33,568 nucleotides of DNA from a plasmid: NCBI RefSeq assembly GCF_988242995.1, contig NZ_OZ547045.1; one strand, written 5' to 3'. The translations under genes and the position numbers were made by a program. Position 1 is the stretch's first letter. Each line of letters begins with the position of its first letter. Of the stretch, positions 1 to 9,711 are shown piece by piece. Under the pieces are notes generated by a model. The model worked only from the letters and a program-made list of their open reading frames with translations, did not search any database and had not been told where the DNA came from.

Positions 1-398
1 TTTTCTTCCGGTGTCAGTTCCTTTTTCTGGTTATTCAACGATTGCCGGGCAACCTGTTGCTGCTGCTGCTGCTGCGACGTCTGCAACGGCGGAACCACAT
101 CATTTTTCGGCGTGTTGTCGATAGTCGGCGGCACATCATCGAAAGACTGGCGCGGTAATGAGCTGGTCATAACCTGCTCTTTGTCCTTTTTGGGATCGTC
201 GGCCAGCTTCTTAACGTGCATCTGGTTATAGACGAACCATCCCACCATTGCCGTACCTATCAGCACCATCAGACCGACAAAGGCCCGCGCACCGGCAATA
301 CGCTTTTTAGGTGAGCCACTAAAGCCCTGGCGCTCATCCTCGATGCCGGTATCTTCTTCATCGAGGTAATCTAAGTTTTCCTCTCTGTCTTTGCTCAT
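1..398 (-). CDS. virB10: VirB10/TrbI-family T4SS protein, N-terminal part; frame runs off position 1 and resumes in frame at 33568 (C-terminal part at 32809..33568)
   Basis: ATG at 398..396 overlaps virB9 stop (ATGA). Translation MSKDREENLDYLDEEDTGIEDERQGFSGSPKKRIAGARAFVGLMVLIGTAMVGWFVYNQ... has a TM helix and Gln/Pro-rich linker. 398 nt + 760 nt = 1158 nt = 386 codons with no stop across the junction. Confidence 0.85.
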   Translation of the reverse strand, partial: MSKDREENLDYLDEEDTGIEDERQGFSGSPKKRIAGARAFVGLMVLIGTAMVGWFVYNQMHVKKLADDPKKDKEQVMTSSLPRQSFDDVPPTIDNTPKNDVVPPLQTSQQQQQQQVARQSLNNQKKELTPEE

Positions 399-1282
399 GA
401 TTTATCCCCCTCATCTTTTTTTACGCGCTTAACGTCTGGTGACGTAGTGCCGGTATTGATCGCCCCAAGATTTGGGTTGTAATTCATATTCAGGACGCCG
501 ACGACTTTATTCCCGTAACGAACACGCCATTCTTTAGCTACCGTTTCAGCAACAACAACGTTGTTATATTCACCGGCAGGGTGCTGATTAGGGGTATGCT
601 CTTTGCCATCAGCGCCAATATAAAACACAACGGGTAAATCTGCGTTTGCAGGGAATTTAAAATAGGTGAAACGGAAATTATCCCAGACGTTTACCGGGGC
701 CAAAGACCGCGATTCATCCTCATCGGACATTTTATAAAGCAGGTTGTAAGGCCCATTCTGAAGGTCTTTTAACGCCTTTTTCACGCGGTTGCTTTCCAGC
801 GTTTTATTTGCTTTTTTCATATCCTCAAACGGATAGAGATAAGTAAGCTGGAGAGTGGCATTTTTCATGCTCCACGGGGTTTTGATAAAGTTGGCTTTAA
901 CATTACCCTGGGCGTCTGTCGTGGTGTAGTCACCTACATAGTGCAGCACGATGTTATAAGTGCGCTTATTTGTGACCAGCACAAGGTTGGTGTCGCTGGG
1001 TACTTCCCCCTTCGGTTTGATGAACATGTTATTTTCTACATGGGTAAACGCATAACTATTGCTGTCACCAAAAGCATGTGTCACATAGCTTTCATCAGGC
1101 GCAACCACTATATGAGTGGCAACACCGGCAACGGAATCAATGCGCACCACATCAACCGGGTTATACACCACAGATTTAATCCGGTAGTCATATGGGCTAC
1201 CTTTCCCCACTTCCAGCGCCAGCGCCTGACCAGAAAGGCCAAGACTGACCAGAATTAAACCGGCAATTAATTGTTTTTTCAT
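395..1282 (-). CDS. virB9: VirB9/TrbG-family T4SS outer-membrane complex protein
   Basis: 295 aa, N-terminal signal peptide, beta-rich VirB9-like sequence, located between virB8 and virB10. Confidence 0.85.
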   Translation of the reverse strand: MKKQLIAGLILVSLGLSGQALALEVGKGSPYDYRIKSVVYNPVDVVRIDSVAGVATHIVVAPDESYVTHAFGDSNSYAFTHVENNMFIKPKGEVPSDTNLVLVTNKRTYNIVLHYVGDYTTTDAQGNVKANFIKTPWSMKNATLQLTYLYPFEDMKKANKTLESNRVKKALKDLQNGPYNLLYKMSDEDESRSLAPVNVWDNFRFTYFKFPANADLPVVFYIGADGKEHTPNQHPAGEYNNVVVAETVAKEWRVRYGNKVVGVLNMNYNPNLGAINTGTTSPDVKRVKKDEGDKS

Positions 1283-1284
1283 GA

Positions 1285-2007
1285 TCAGCCCCCCACAGCG
1301 CCAACGTTCTCAGCGTTCTTACGGTAACTCGTTACACGGAAGCCAAGCGGATTGATATAGCGCTGCTGCGCGGTCATTGGTAACGCTTTGTACTCATATG
1401 CAATCGTGGCAATCCAGTAGCGCGGAGGCTCAGGGTTTGGACGCTGGCGAATGCGCTGCTGCGTGGTGAAGCGAACGGTGGCAACGCCGTGTTCGCGGTC
1501 GGTTATGACAGAGTTGATATGAACGGTCGTCCTTTCCGTGTCGCCCAACCGCTTATCAATGCGGTTAGCGCCTTTGAACATGGAAAGATATTCATCTGCT
1601 ACATCACCGGCAGCCATCAGGCTCATTGCGTCATAATCAACCTGAATGCTGTTGTAGTCGTAGGACTCGCGGTGAATAACAAATTGTGAGATCCAGTATT
1701 GGTCTATCACATCGCCATAAGTGGCCTCATCGCGGGTAATTTTTACCTGCGATACTTCGCCAGTGTCTTTGTTAATCGTTGTGAGGTATGCCGGTAACGG
1801 CTGCGCAAAACGGATAATTACTCCGACCGCAGTAACCATGCTCACAACTGCAAAGACGAAAAAGGCCGTGGCAATCTTCCAGGCGCGTGAACGTGAATTA
1901 AGGATCTCATTAACCATATCGCGCTCAAGCCCTTGAGTTTCCTCATGGTACTTATTCAGCTCATCCCGCGATATTGCCTGATTTTTGTTTTTCTTAAACA
2001 TTGTCAC
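1285..2007 (-). CDS. virB8: VirB8-family T4SS inner-membrane protein
   Basis: 240 aa, single N-proximal TM helix followed by a periplasmic domain; synteny. Confidence 0.85.
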   Translation of the reverse strand: MTMFKKNKNQAISRDELNKYHEETQGLERDMVNEILNSRSRAWKIATAFFVFAVVSMVTAVGVIIRFAQPLPAYLTTINKDTGEVSQVKITRDEATYGDVIDQYWISQFVIHRESYDYNSIQVDYDAMSLMAAGDVADEYLSMFKGANRIDKRLGDTERTTVHINSVITDREHGVATVRFTTQQRIRQRPNPEPPRYWIATIAYEYKALPMTAQQRYINPLGFRVTSYRKNAENVGAVGG

Positions 2008-2174
2008 TCTCCGTTATTAGCGGCATCTGCACGATACAGCTCTGCGGGATACGTCTTGTTAACATCAACCAGCTTTCTCATGTTGGGTTCTGGCGGCGGC
2101 TTCGGGCTACTGGAACATGCGGCTAACATCAACCCGATAAGGGCCATTGCCGTGTATTTGAAGAAATGCACCAT
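2004..2174 (-). CDS. virB7: VirB7-like small lipoprotein
   Basis: Lipobox LAAC after a hydrophobic leader, Pro-rich mature part; ATG at 2174 preceded by GGGAG; ORF track extends to 2219 but has no RBS there; overlaps virB8 start. Confidence 0.6.
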   Translation of the reverse strand: MVHFFKYTAMALIGLMLAACSSSPKPPPEPNMRKLVDVNKTYPAELYRADAANNGE

Positions 2175-2213
2175 CTTTGTCACTCCCTTTGAGTCAGTCA
2201 CAAAAAAATAATA

Positions 2214-2243
2214 AGTCATCGAAATTACAATTTCAATGACTTA
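2214..2243. promoter_or_regulatory. 30-bp near-perfect palindrome overlapping a predicted minus-strand promoter (TTGAAA-17-TATTAT) upstream of virB7
   Basis: AAGTCATCGAAATTACAATTTCAATGACTT; shares the core TTGAAATTnCAATTTCAATGA with the site at 8650..8673. Confidence 0.5.
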
Positions 2244-2269
2244 TTAGAAATTTATTTCTACATCGTTTT

Positions 2270-3310
2270 TTAGCGCCGTGAACCCTTTGCGAAACCCTGC
2301 ATTTGAGAGGTCGCAGCGGAGGCCGCACCTGCGCCGGGGCCACCGGCAGCGGTAGCCGCCGCAGTCTTAGCACCAGAGCCGCCACCGGCACCCGCAGAGC
2401 CTTTTTGACCACCATCGCGGAGAGCGCCACCCCCACGGCTACCACCACCACCGTTGTTAGGAACCAGCTCCTGAATGCCCGCAGAAACACCATCCCCCCA
2501 ACGAGCGGCAATTTCAGGTACTCGCTGAAGGATCAGGTAAGAGACAATCATTATCAGCAGACACGCGAACACCGGCCCTAACAGGCTGGTATCAGCCCCG
2601 GAAGCGGTGACGGCATCGAGTGCCTTTTGATAGAACTTAATCATCAAGCCAAACAGCATCGACAGCAGGATTGTAACCAAGCCATAGTTAATCAACGAGC
2701 CAAGCCATTTATTGAACATGCCATGCAGCGGCTTGAATAACAGGCAGAAAATAAAGACAGGCCCAAAGCACACAGTGATTGCCAACAGTAACTTCGCCAT
2801 CAATATCAGCCCGGCCCCGATACCACAGATCAGCACCGTGGAGATAATGACGGCACAAGCCAGGAACAAAGACGCCAACCCGGAACCGCTATAAATATCG
2901 GCGTTATCAAATGCAGTACGTGCAACCTGCATCCCGTCATGAATAGCCTTGTCAATGTTGTTACCCATTGCATCTTCAGTGCCACCAGTCGAACCGTTAA
3001 TAACCAGCACCGAGGAAAACTCATCGGGGATCTTCATGGCCGCATCAGCCAGTTGGGTTTGATACAGCCCGCCCGCACTGGCAAAGCTGATTATCATCGA
3101 CCACACAATGAATTTTTTTATCAACGATGAGAGCGGATCACCATGTGGACGCGCTAATGTAAAAAGCCCGTCCAGGGTTAGTTTGCAAATCAACGCTAAC
3201 CCGATTACCGGTGAAATGGTGGATATAACAATTCCAAGATTAGAGGCCACAAATTCCTTTGTGACCGTATCCATGTAATTGAAAAGATCCGTTGTAAATG
3301 AAAAGGCCAT
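2270..3310 (-). CDS. virB6: VirB6-family polytopic T4SS membrane protein with C-terminal Gly/Ala-rich tail
   Basis: 346 aa, multiple hydrophobic helices, synteny after virB5/eex. Confidence 0.85.
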   Translation of the reverse strand: MAFSFTTDLFNYMDTVTKEFVASNLGIVISTISPVIGLALICKLTLDGLFTLARPHGDPLSSLIKKFIVWSMIISFASAGGLYQTQLADAAMKIPDEFSSVLVINGSTGGTEDAMGNNIDKAIHDGMQVARTAFDNADIYSGSGLASLFLACAVIISTVLICGIGAGLILMAKLLLAITVCFGPVFIFCLLFKPLHGMFNKWLGSLINYGLVTILLSMLFGLMIKFYQKALDAVTASGADTSLLGPVFACLLIMIVSYLILQRVPEIAARWGDGVSAGIQELVPNNGGGGSRGGGALRDGGQKGSAGAGGGSGAKTAAATAAGGPGAGAASAATSQMQGFAKGSRR

Positions 3311-3330
3311 GCTTTCCCCCTACGCCCTGT

Positions 3331-3567
3331 TCAGGGCGTGACTTTTGGCAATGAAAGGCCATCGTCATTTTTGCCAAACACTTTTAAATCTTTCTCTGCC
3401 TCCATCGCGTTCTGACAATCTGGCTTCACTTTGAGCGCCGCATCATCACGGCACTTTTCCACCATTGCTTTACGCTCTTTATCGTGCTCCTTGTACCAGG
3501 AAACAGGATGCTCAGAGTCGCAACCGGCCAGCAGGAAAAGAGCTAAAGGTAAAATCAGTTTTTTCAT
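3331..3567 (-). CDS. Small lipoprotein at the position of the entry-exclusion gene (eex) of pKM101-type T4SS loci
   Basis: 78 aa, lipobox LAGC, located between virB5 and virB6. Confidence 0.6.
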   Translation of the reverse strand: MKKLILPLALFLLAGCDSEHPVSWYKEHDKERKAMVEKCRDDAALKVKPDCQNAMEAEKDLKVFGKNDDGLSLPKVTP

Positions 3568-3570
3568 GGT

Positions 3571-4278
3571 TTATTCCGTTACGTTAGGCATGGAAAGATC
3601 TTCACCATCAGCACCGAGTACAAAGCGCTTCTGGGCGTATTGTTTTTGTTCCTGCAACATCTTGTCTTGCGAGGTTTGCAGCATTGCCATCAGTTGCAGC
3701 TTCGTTTGCTCCCCCTGAATAGCACCTTGCGCGGTCTGGATACGCGCCTGAAGGTCAGCGATTTGTTTCATATCCGTTGTTGAGTCAATTTGATTGGTCA
3801 GCTCCTGAATGTTGTTCAGCTCTGCCATTTCATTGTTATAAGCGGTCTGCGCCATCACGCGGTCATAAGCCCCTTTTTCAGCCAGTTTCTGCTTAATGAA
3901 ACTCATCGCTTCGGAACGGTTCATACCGTCAATCTGCGACTGAAATTCCTTCAGCATGGATTGAGCCGATGAAGTGATACCGGAATTGCTGTTCATGGCA
4001 TCGCTGTAAACCTGCGTCCAGTCAGACGGTAAATTTCCTTTGAGCTTACTAATGTCGCCATTCAGCAAATTACCAATGCCGGAGTTGCCGGTTAACGAGG
4101 CAAGGGTTTGCTCCTGCCTCAGCAATTGAGATTTGAGTTGTTCAATTTGCTGCGTCATTAACGAAACCTGTTCAACAGCCTGGGCCAGATTAGTAGGATC
4201 GTTAACAACCAGTTGCGCATTAACGGCAACCGGTGAAATAGCCAGAGCTAAAAAAACGCTAACAAGTGTCTTTTTCAT
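3571..4278 (-). CDS. virB5: VirB5-family minor pilus protein
   Basis: 235 aa, signal peptide, Gln-rich helical sequence, synteny after virB4. Confidence 0.8.
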   Translation of the reverse strand: MKKTLVSVFLALAISPVAVNAQLVVNDPTNLAQAVEQVSLMTQQIEQLKSQLLRQEQTLASLTGNSGIGNLLNGDISKLKGNLPSDWTQVYSDAMNSNSGITSSAQSMLKEFQSQIDGMNRSEAMSFIKQKLAEKGAYDRVMAQTAYNNEMAELNNIQELTNQIDSTTDMKQIADLQARIQTAQGAIQGEQTKLQLMAMLQTSQDKMLQEQKQYAQKRFVLGADGEDLSMPNVTE

Positions 4279-4287
4279 GTCGTTACC

Positions 4288-6924
4288 TCACGCTGCGAGT
4301 ACAGATTTAAAGTAGGATTCGAGCCATTTATCAGGGGTATCATCCCCAATTTGCTCAATGATTTTCGCCAGTGTTTCGGCGTTTTGTGGTTCCCCTGACA
4401 GGATGCTAAGTATCTTGTCCAGCTTCCTGAAGTTCTCAGGCGTCTTAACGCGCGGGGCCAGGTTGAATTGCGCCATCGCACTTTGACTACCTTGTTTCAC
4501 AAGGAACTGGCGGGAGTTCTCAGGAATAGACAACAGCGCGTCAAACTCTGCCGGTGTCAGCTTGAGACGGGTTACGTAGTCCTCATAATCCGCATCCGGG
4601 TTTTCCAGAAGAATTTTAGTTACGCACTGCTGCATGATGGTTTTGCCAATGGCACTATCCAGCGCATCGTTTGGCTCTTGCGTGGAGAATACGTAAACCG
4701 CGTCTTTCTTACGGTCTGTTTTCAGGCCGCGTTTCACTTCCACCCGCATAATGGGATCGTCAAGGTACTGGTGAAACTCGTCGAATATCTGAATAACCCG
4801 GCGGCGGCCATCAATAGACTGACGCACACGGAAATTGAGATACATCAGCAGCGGTGTACGTGTTGCAGGAGGTATTTCATTATCTGCAACAATGAAATCA
4901 GTCAGGTCAAAACCGTAAATATCGTACTCACCGAGATTGAGGGAATCCGCGTCGTTATCGAACAACCACCCGTTTTCATGGCCGCGAGTCCACGGAACAA
5001 GCAACGATGCCAGCGTTTGTTTGCTACCCGCTGTTTGATATGGGTTAGGCATCTGACGCATCAACATATCCACGGTACGTAAATCCGTAGGGATAAGGGA
5101 GTTCTCATCCATCAAAGCGTCAACAGCGCGGTTAAGGTCATTCACCTGATCAGCATCGAGCACACTGCCTTTGGTAATTTCAGCACACAGGCGCATCAGG
5201 CGCTTACAAAACGCAATGTTAACTTTAGTGCCTGGCATCTGTAGAGGTGCCCACCCGGACGCAACACCTTCTTTCAAAACTGTATAGTGACCGTGTAACG
5301 CTTTAATCAGCGGCATCATGCCCTGATCACGGTCATAGGCAAAAATGCGCGGGTTATACTTCATTGATTGCGTCAGCAGGAAATTAAGCAGCGTCGTTTT
5401 ACCGGCCCCCGAACGGCCAAGCATTAACGTATGCGCCAGCGGGCGCTTACCGAAAGACATTTCATCTGCGGGCGTTACATGAAAGTTCATATACAGCGGC
5501 GTATTTGCCACAGTCTTGAACAACGTCAGTGCTGGCCCCCACGGATTATTGTTTGCTTTCCCGGACATAAAATTATGGAAAGGAGAGAAACAAAGAAAAT
5601 TCCAGCTATTCAGCGGGCAAGGGCGCGGCGATAAATGTTGATTAGCCGGGAGTTTTGCATAATAGGCCGCTTCGGAAGCTAACCCTACCTGGCTGGCGAT
5701 CAAGCCGCAATTGTTCAGCATATTTCTGGCTACACCGGCGTTTGAACGGGCCTCTTTGAGAGACTTGCCAAAGGTGTGTACCGTCAAATGATGCCAGCCC
5801 ATGATAAAGGTACGTGAAACCACGCCATCAACGGCGTCACTCATCTGGTTTATCTGCGTAAAGGACGGATCGCCTGTTTCCAGCAGCGCTTTTTGCTGGT
5901 TAGTAAGGTAAGTTCTTGCCGCTTGCTGGGACATACAGCAATACGTTTGAGTTAATACAAACTCAAACGGTGCTTCCATCAGGATATTGATTTGACCTGG
6001 TTCTGTATCAGAATCGTAATCCCGGATTTCAACGGCAGACGTGTAGCGGCGTTCGTCAGTACCGCGAATCTCGATACCATCCCCCCAAAATGAGGATATT
6101 GGGCGGGTAGTAGCTAAATATTCACGGATTCGGCCACGACAAACCGGCACTGGTGCCCACTCACCGTTAACCAGGTAATAGAGCCACTCAAGCGCTTTAG
6201 AATAGGTGTGTTGAGCACCACTAAAGACTTCTTTATCTTCCTGAATGTCCTGATATTCCACATCAGCCAGTAAATCCTCACGCAGATCGATAATGTCCTC
6301 ATCATCATCTTCTTCTGCATCTTCCTTTTTCTGCTCAGGAATGACATTCCCTCGCTTGTCGCGGAAGTAATAGCCTAAACGGTCGATGCCATAAGGACGC
6401 AGGGAGTTCATGACCTGCTCACAAACATCTTCCAACGCACCAATAGCATCAGTTTGCATTTCGCGCAGCTCGTCAGCCGATGGCTTATCAAACTTTGCCA
6501 GCATTTTTTGAGCGGCATCCCCTACCGGGTTATAAACAACCGTTAGGTAGAGGTCATTTACCATCATAGGAGTATCATCAAACTGATCGCGATAGTATTC
6601 ATTCACCATGCGCGGGAACGTCATATTGTAATGCGTGTCAGGATAATTATTAATTTCGCGGTGGTGTAAGTGAGTCCATAACTTAATATGTTCACTACCA
6701 ATACCCTTTAAAAGCTGATTTAAATCGGCATGCCACTTAATAAGTTCGGCATCAGAAGCGCAATCATGAGTTCGCCCCCGAATTTTAAATACAGAAAGGT
6801 ACTCCCCATTTACCGTACTGATAATATGAGGTGTTACATGGTAGGAGTAAGGAATATATTTTAAAGAGGATGGTTCTTTTCTGTAATCTTTAACCCCCCT
6901 CTTTTTCATTTCCGCTACGGCCAT
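4288..6924 (-). CDS. virB4: VirB4-family T4SS ATPase
   Basis: 878 aa, Walker A GRSGAGKT, characteristic size and position. Confidence 0.95.
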   Translation of the reverse strand: MAVAEMKKRGVKDYRKEPSSLKYIPYSYHVTPHIISTVNGEYLSVFKIRGRTHDCASDAELIKWHADLNQLLKGIGSEHIKLWTHLHHREINNYPDTHYNMTFPRMVNEYYRDQFDDTPMMVNDLYLTVVYNPVGDAAQKMLAKFDKPSADELREMQTDAIGALEDVCEQVMNSLRPYGIDRLGYYFRDKRGNVIPEQKKEDAEEDDDEDIIDLREDLLADVEYQDIQEDKEVFSGAQHTYSKALEWLYYLVNGEWAPVPVCRGRIREYLATTRPISSFWGDGIEIRGTDERRYTSAVEIRDYDSDTEPGQINILMEAPFEFVLTQTYCCMSQQAARTYLTNQQKALLETGDPSFTQINQMSDAVDGVVSRTFIMGWHHLTVHTFGKSLKEARSNAGVARNMLNNCGLIASQVGLASEAAYYAKLPANQHLSPRPCPLNSWNFLCFSPFHNFMSGKANNNPWGPALTLFKTVANTPLYMNFHVTPADEMSFGKRPLAHTLMLGRSGAGKTTLLNFLLTQSMKYNPRIFAYDRDQGMMPLIKALHGHYTVLKEGVASGWAPLQMPGTKVNIAFCKRLMRLCAEITKGSVLDADQVNDLNRAVDALMDENSLIPTDLRTVDMLMRQMPNPYQTAGSKQTLASLLVPWTRGHENGWLFDNDADSLNLGEYDIYGFDLTDFIVADNEIPPATRTPLLMYLNFRVRQSIDGRRRVIQIFDEFHQYLDDPIMRVEVKRGLKTDRKKDAVYVFSTQEPNDALDSAIGKTIMQQCVTKILLENPDADYEDYVTRLKLTPAEFDALLSIPENSRQFLVKQGSQSAMAQFNLAPRVKTPENFRKLDKILSILSGEPQNAETLAKIIEQIGDDTPDKWLESYFKSVLAA

Positions 6925-7238
6925 TATTTTTTATCTCCATAATCGGTAGGTGAGTAACTAGAGCCGCCCCATAGCTTAGTAAATGGGGAGTTAATCATAT
7001 TTAGCCCTTTCGTCATGATAGCGAGCCATATAATGCGAAACATACGGTCGTCATGCTTGCTGATACAAAATTCAATAAACCACAGCAAGCCAAAAAGAAC
7101 TAAGGCCCAAAGGTGGATCGTCATAAATAACGTCGCACAAAATATGAAGGTGGCAATAATCACTGTTCGCGGAACACCGGCAAATGTCGGCAGTCGCGTA
7201 GCGCCTTTAAATAATGGATATTTACCGGATAAATTCAT
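6924..7238 (-). CDS. virB3: VirB3-family T4SS membrane protein
   Basis: 104 aa, two hydrophobic segments, stop overlaps virB4 ATG (ATGA). Confidence 0.85.
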   Translation of the reverse strand: MNLSGKYPLFKGATRLPTFAGVPRTVIIATFIFCATLFMTIHLWALVLFGLLWFIEFCISKHDDRMFRIIWLAIMTKGLNMINSPFTKLWGGSSYSPTDYGDKK

Positions 7239-7287
7239 CGTTTCCTCCCGTTAGATACGGGCCGGGGGAAACCCCCGGCAAACCTTC

Positions 7288-7578
7288 TTAACTCAGCCCA
7301 AACAGGCCAACCAGGTAGGACGCGGAACCGACGACAATCAGACCGACAACAATACGAACCGCCCAGCTAGCAGGGAGCATATGAGCGATCCACGCGATAG
7401 CACTGACGATAATCAGAACGGTGGCCGCAACCGGAATCCACGTCATTAACCAGGAGTTAACCGAACTCATGGAGGATTCACCGGTATCTGCACCGGCGGC
7501 AAGCGCCAGCTCAGGAGCACACAAAGCAACCATCATGAACATTGCCACCGGGAAATAACGTTTAATCGCTGTATTCAT
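7288..7578 (-). CDS. virB2: VirB2/TrbC-family pilin precursor
   Basis: 96 aa, long signal sequence then two hydrophobic helices typical of T-pilin. Confidence 0.85.
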   Translation of the reverse strand: MNTAIKRYFPVAMFMMVALCAPELALAAGADTGESSMSSVNSWLMTWIPVAATVLIIVSAIAWIAHMLPASWAVRIVVGLIVVGSASYLVGLFGLS

Positions 7579-7879
7579 CTTTGTCTAACACTCCATCATC
7601 AGGAAAAATAAAATCAGGCTCATCCAGGAAAAGCCCCACTTCTTTTGCATCAAAATCGTCTCTCAGCATTTCGGCCAGTATCCTCAGATCGGCCCACGTT
7701 CTAACCCCCTCTCCAGACTGGACTCGCAGGGAGCACGTAATTACTCCCCCCTCGCTATTTCTCACATCAAAAAGCGGTATCCATTTCTTTTTATCCATCC
7801 GTTGAATAGCGATACGAATTACTTTTTTTTGATTAAAAACTTCCTCTAACTGCTTCAACAAGATGAGATAAACGCGCAT
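7562..7879 (-). CDS. Hypothetical 105-aa protein between virB1 and virB2 (the position occupied by korA in pKM101/R388-type loci)
   Basis: Intact ORF overlapping virB2 start; no motif recognised; function assigned by position only. Confidence 0.5.
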   Translation of the reverse strand: MRVYLILLKQLEEVFNQKKVIRIAIQRMDKKKWIPLFDVRNSEGGVITCSLRVQSGEGVRTWADLRILAEMLRDDFDAKEVGLFLDEPDFIFPDDGVLDKDEYSD

Positions 7880-7906
7880 TGAGCGAACTCCTGTTACTCC
7901 CTGCTT

Positions 7907-8640
7907 CTACCGAAAAGCGTCACCATCAGATGCACCAAAAGCGTCTTTATCCGAGCCACCAAAGGCATCAGTCATACCGGCATCTTTTGGTTTTTCTTCA
8001 CCAACAGCAGCATCTACCGGCACAGCATCAATAGCAGCATCAACACTTTCTATATCAGTGGAACCATCATCGGCTTTCAGAGCAGGGATTACGGGTTTTG
8101 ATTGCCCTATTTGAGCAACCACCTTCGAAACATAACCGTTTGTAAATCCGGCGGTTAATGAACCCGTATTATAGCAAGACAATGCGTGTCTCAAAGCTGA
8201 CTGCCCCGGCGCATATTCCTTTGTTGCGAGCTGGTAGCAGTAGTTAAGTACCGTTTGTGCAGCTTCAAGATTTTTACAGCCATTAAACAGGTCAGCGGCT
8301 GAAACATTCAATTTTGAGAAATTCGCAGAGTTGATTTGCCCTAAACCTACGTCAAAGTTATAACCATGAGCCGTTAACCATTCGGTCGTTTTCACAGCCT
8401 CATCAAGTGATCGCGGTTGTTTAGCTAGCGGTGATTTCGTACCTTCAGGAACGTTAACGTTTATCGCGTATGGGTTGTTGCGCGATTCATGGCTAACCAA
8501 GTAACCAACAGTTAATGGGTGTACTTCTGGCGCACAACGTTTCGCCAACGCCATAACTGGCGCAGACAGCTCCGCAGTTGCGGGCGTGGCACCCATAAGA
8601 CCAGCAATTAACAGTGGGAAAAGGCTAACAACCTGCTTCA
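7907..8640 (-). CDS. virB1: VirB1-family lytic transglycosylase with C-terminal DAFG-repeat tail
   Basis: Signal peptide MKQVVSLFPLLIAGLMGATPATA, SLT-like core (ESR.NPYA...GLGQIN), start taken at ATG 8640 with AAGGA RBS; ORF track extends further upstream. Confidence 0.85.
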
Positions 8641-8649
8641 TCTCTTTTT

Positions 8650-8673
8650 TCCTTGAAATTGCAATTTCAATGA
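8650..8673. promoter_or_regulatory. Palindromic operator-like site in the divergent virB1 / hns-like promoter region
   Basis: TCCTTGAAATTGCAATTTCAATGA containing the perfect 18-bp palindrome TTGAAATTGCAATTTCAA; overlaps a plausible TTGCAA-17-TATAGT plus-strand promoter. Confidence 0.55.
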
Positions 8674-8703
8674 TTAACTGGTATAGTAAAGGTAAATTAG
8701 AAC

Positions 8704-8940
8704 ATGTCAAGACAAGATGAAAAGAAGCACAAAACAGAGCAGGAGCGCAAAACATCAGTGCCTAGACGAAAAATCATATTCGTACCCTTGCAGTCAGAAA
8801 AAAGCCCCAAAGGGGAGCCGCGCTACAGAGATCCCACCAATCCATTCAACACATGGGTTGGGAGGGGAAAGCGCCCTGACTGGCTAAAAAAGTATCTTGC
8901 TGAAGGCCGCGAGCTTTCGGAGTTTGAGATAACAGAATAA
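8704..8940 (+). CDS. Short H-NS C-terminal-domain-like DNA-binding protein (no oligomerisation domain)
   Basis: 78 aa; C-terminus ...FNTWVGRGKRPDWLKKYLAEGRELSEF matches the H-NS DNA-binding motif TW(T/S)G(R/Q)GR.P. Confidence 0.6.
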   Translation: MSRQDEKKHKTEQERKTSVPRRKIIFVPLQSEKSPKGEPRYRDPTNPFNTWVGRGKRPDWLKKYLAEGRELSEFEITE

Positions 8941-8951
8941 GGAGTTGACGG

Positions 8952-9404
8952 ATGAGTAAAGTTATTGATTTTCCTACCGGGAAAAACAGGGAGAGAAGGG
9001 CTAAGGCGATCCGGGCGCGTCGTAATAAGGCGCAGCAGCGGAGCGGAATAACCCCCTCCCAATTTTGGTGGGTAAAGAAAATAAAGTTTCTCACCGTTAT
9101 TAAAGGGTCGGCACGTTTACTTTTGATACATTCAGGGTTATTAGTTGCCGACATCCTTATCTATCTCATCTTTATTTTAGGAAAACTCCTAAAGGTATTT
9201 ACGATAATTGGCATCATCGCGGCGCTTCTGTTTCTGGTCGTGGAATATAGGAAGGATTGGCAATATACGCAATCCGCAATCCACGTCGCAGCACTATTTG
9301 TTGGCCTGGTAGTAATACGTATCGGGCATGACAAACTACTGAATGGCCTGATAAGGCTTAAATCCTACCTATCCAGAAAAGGGCAACAACAATGCGGAAG
9401 ATAA
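8952..9404 (+). CDS. Hypothetical membrane protein with basic N-terminal region
   Basis: 150 aa, AAGGAG RBS, Arg/Lys-rich N-terminus followed by hydrophobic helices. Confidence 0.6.
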   Translation: MSKVIDFPTGKNRERRAKAIRARRNKAQQRSGITPSQFWWVKKIKFLTVIKGSARLLLIHSGLLVADILIYLIFILGKLLKVFTIIGIIAALLFLVVEYRKDWQYTQSAIHVAALFVGLVVIRIGHDKLLNGLIRLKSYLSRKGQQQCGR

Positions 9405-9709
9405 TACTTGCGTCCGTGGTGATACTGGCATCGTCTTATTCGGCTGCCAGCCTTGCAAAAGATCCATGTAAGACATTAGCTTGCATGGCTGCAAAATCAG
9501 GTGGTGAGTTTGGGAGTGTTGGCGATAGTGATTGCTCTGGTGCCATAGCTGACTTCTTCAACATTGTGAAGAAAAACAAACACGGCTTCCTTCCTAACCA
9601 TACCGCCGATGCTCGCAAAGAATTTATTATGAGTTGTCCAGGAGCGGCGCAGAACACCGCCGCAGTTAACCGGGTTATTTCAATGTTTGGACGTATCAGG
9701 AAAGGTTAA
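9392..9709 (+). CDS. Hypothetical secreted Cys-containing protein
   Basis: 105 aa, signal peptide ending ASLA, several cysteines; overlaps upstream gene end. Confidence 0.5.
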   Translation: MRKIILASVVILASSYSAASLAKDPCKTLACMAAKSGGEFGSVGDSDCSGAIADFFNIVKKNKHGFLPNHTADARKEFIMSCPGAAQNTAAVNRVISMFGRIRKG

Positions 9710-9711
9710 AC

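Noticed and set aside
2233-2581. ORFs 2233..2511 (-) and 2303..2581 (+) overlapping the 3' end of virB6
   Set aside because: Artefacts of the Gly/Ala-rich, GC-rich tail-coding region of virB6; translations are low-complexity.
4468-5082. Antisense ORFs inside large genes (4468..5082, 5431..5634, 6114..6347, 26392..26661, 25765..26121, 27498..29735 group, 22673..22977, 16607..16822, 17020..17259)
   Set aside because: Shadow frames opposite or overlapping well-supported genes (virB4, trwB, trwC, SprT-like, leading-region gene); no independent start signals or motifs.
8823-9154. Minus-strand ORFs 8823..9062 and 8846..9154 opposite the hns-like and membrane genes
   Set aside because: Antisense to plus-strand genes with good RBSs; would have to read into the virB1 promoter region; no start signals.
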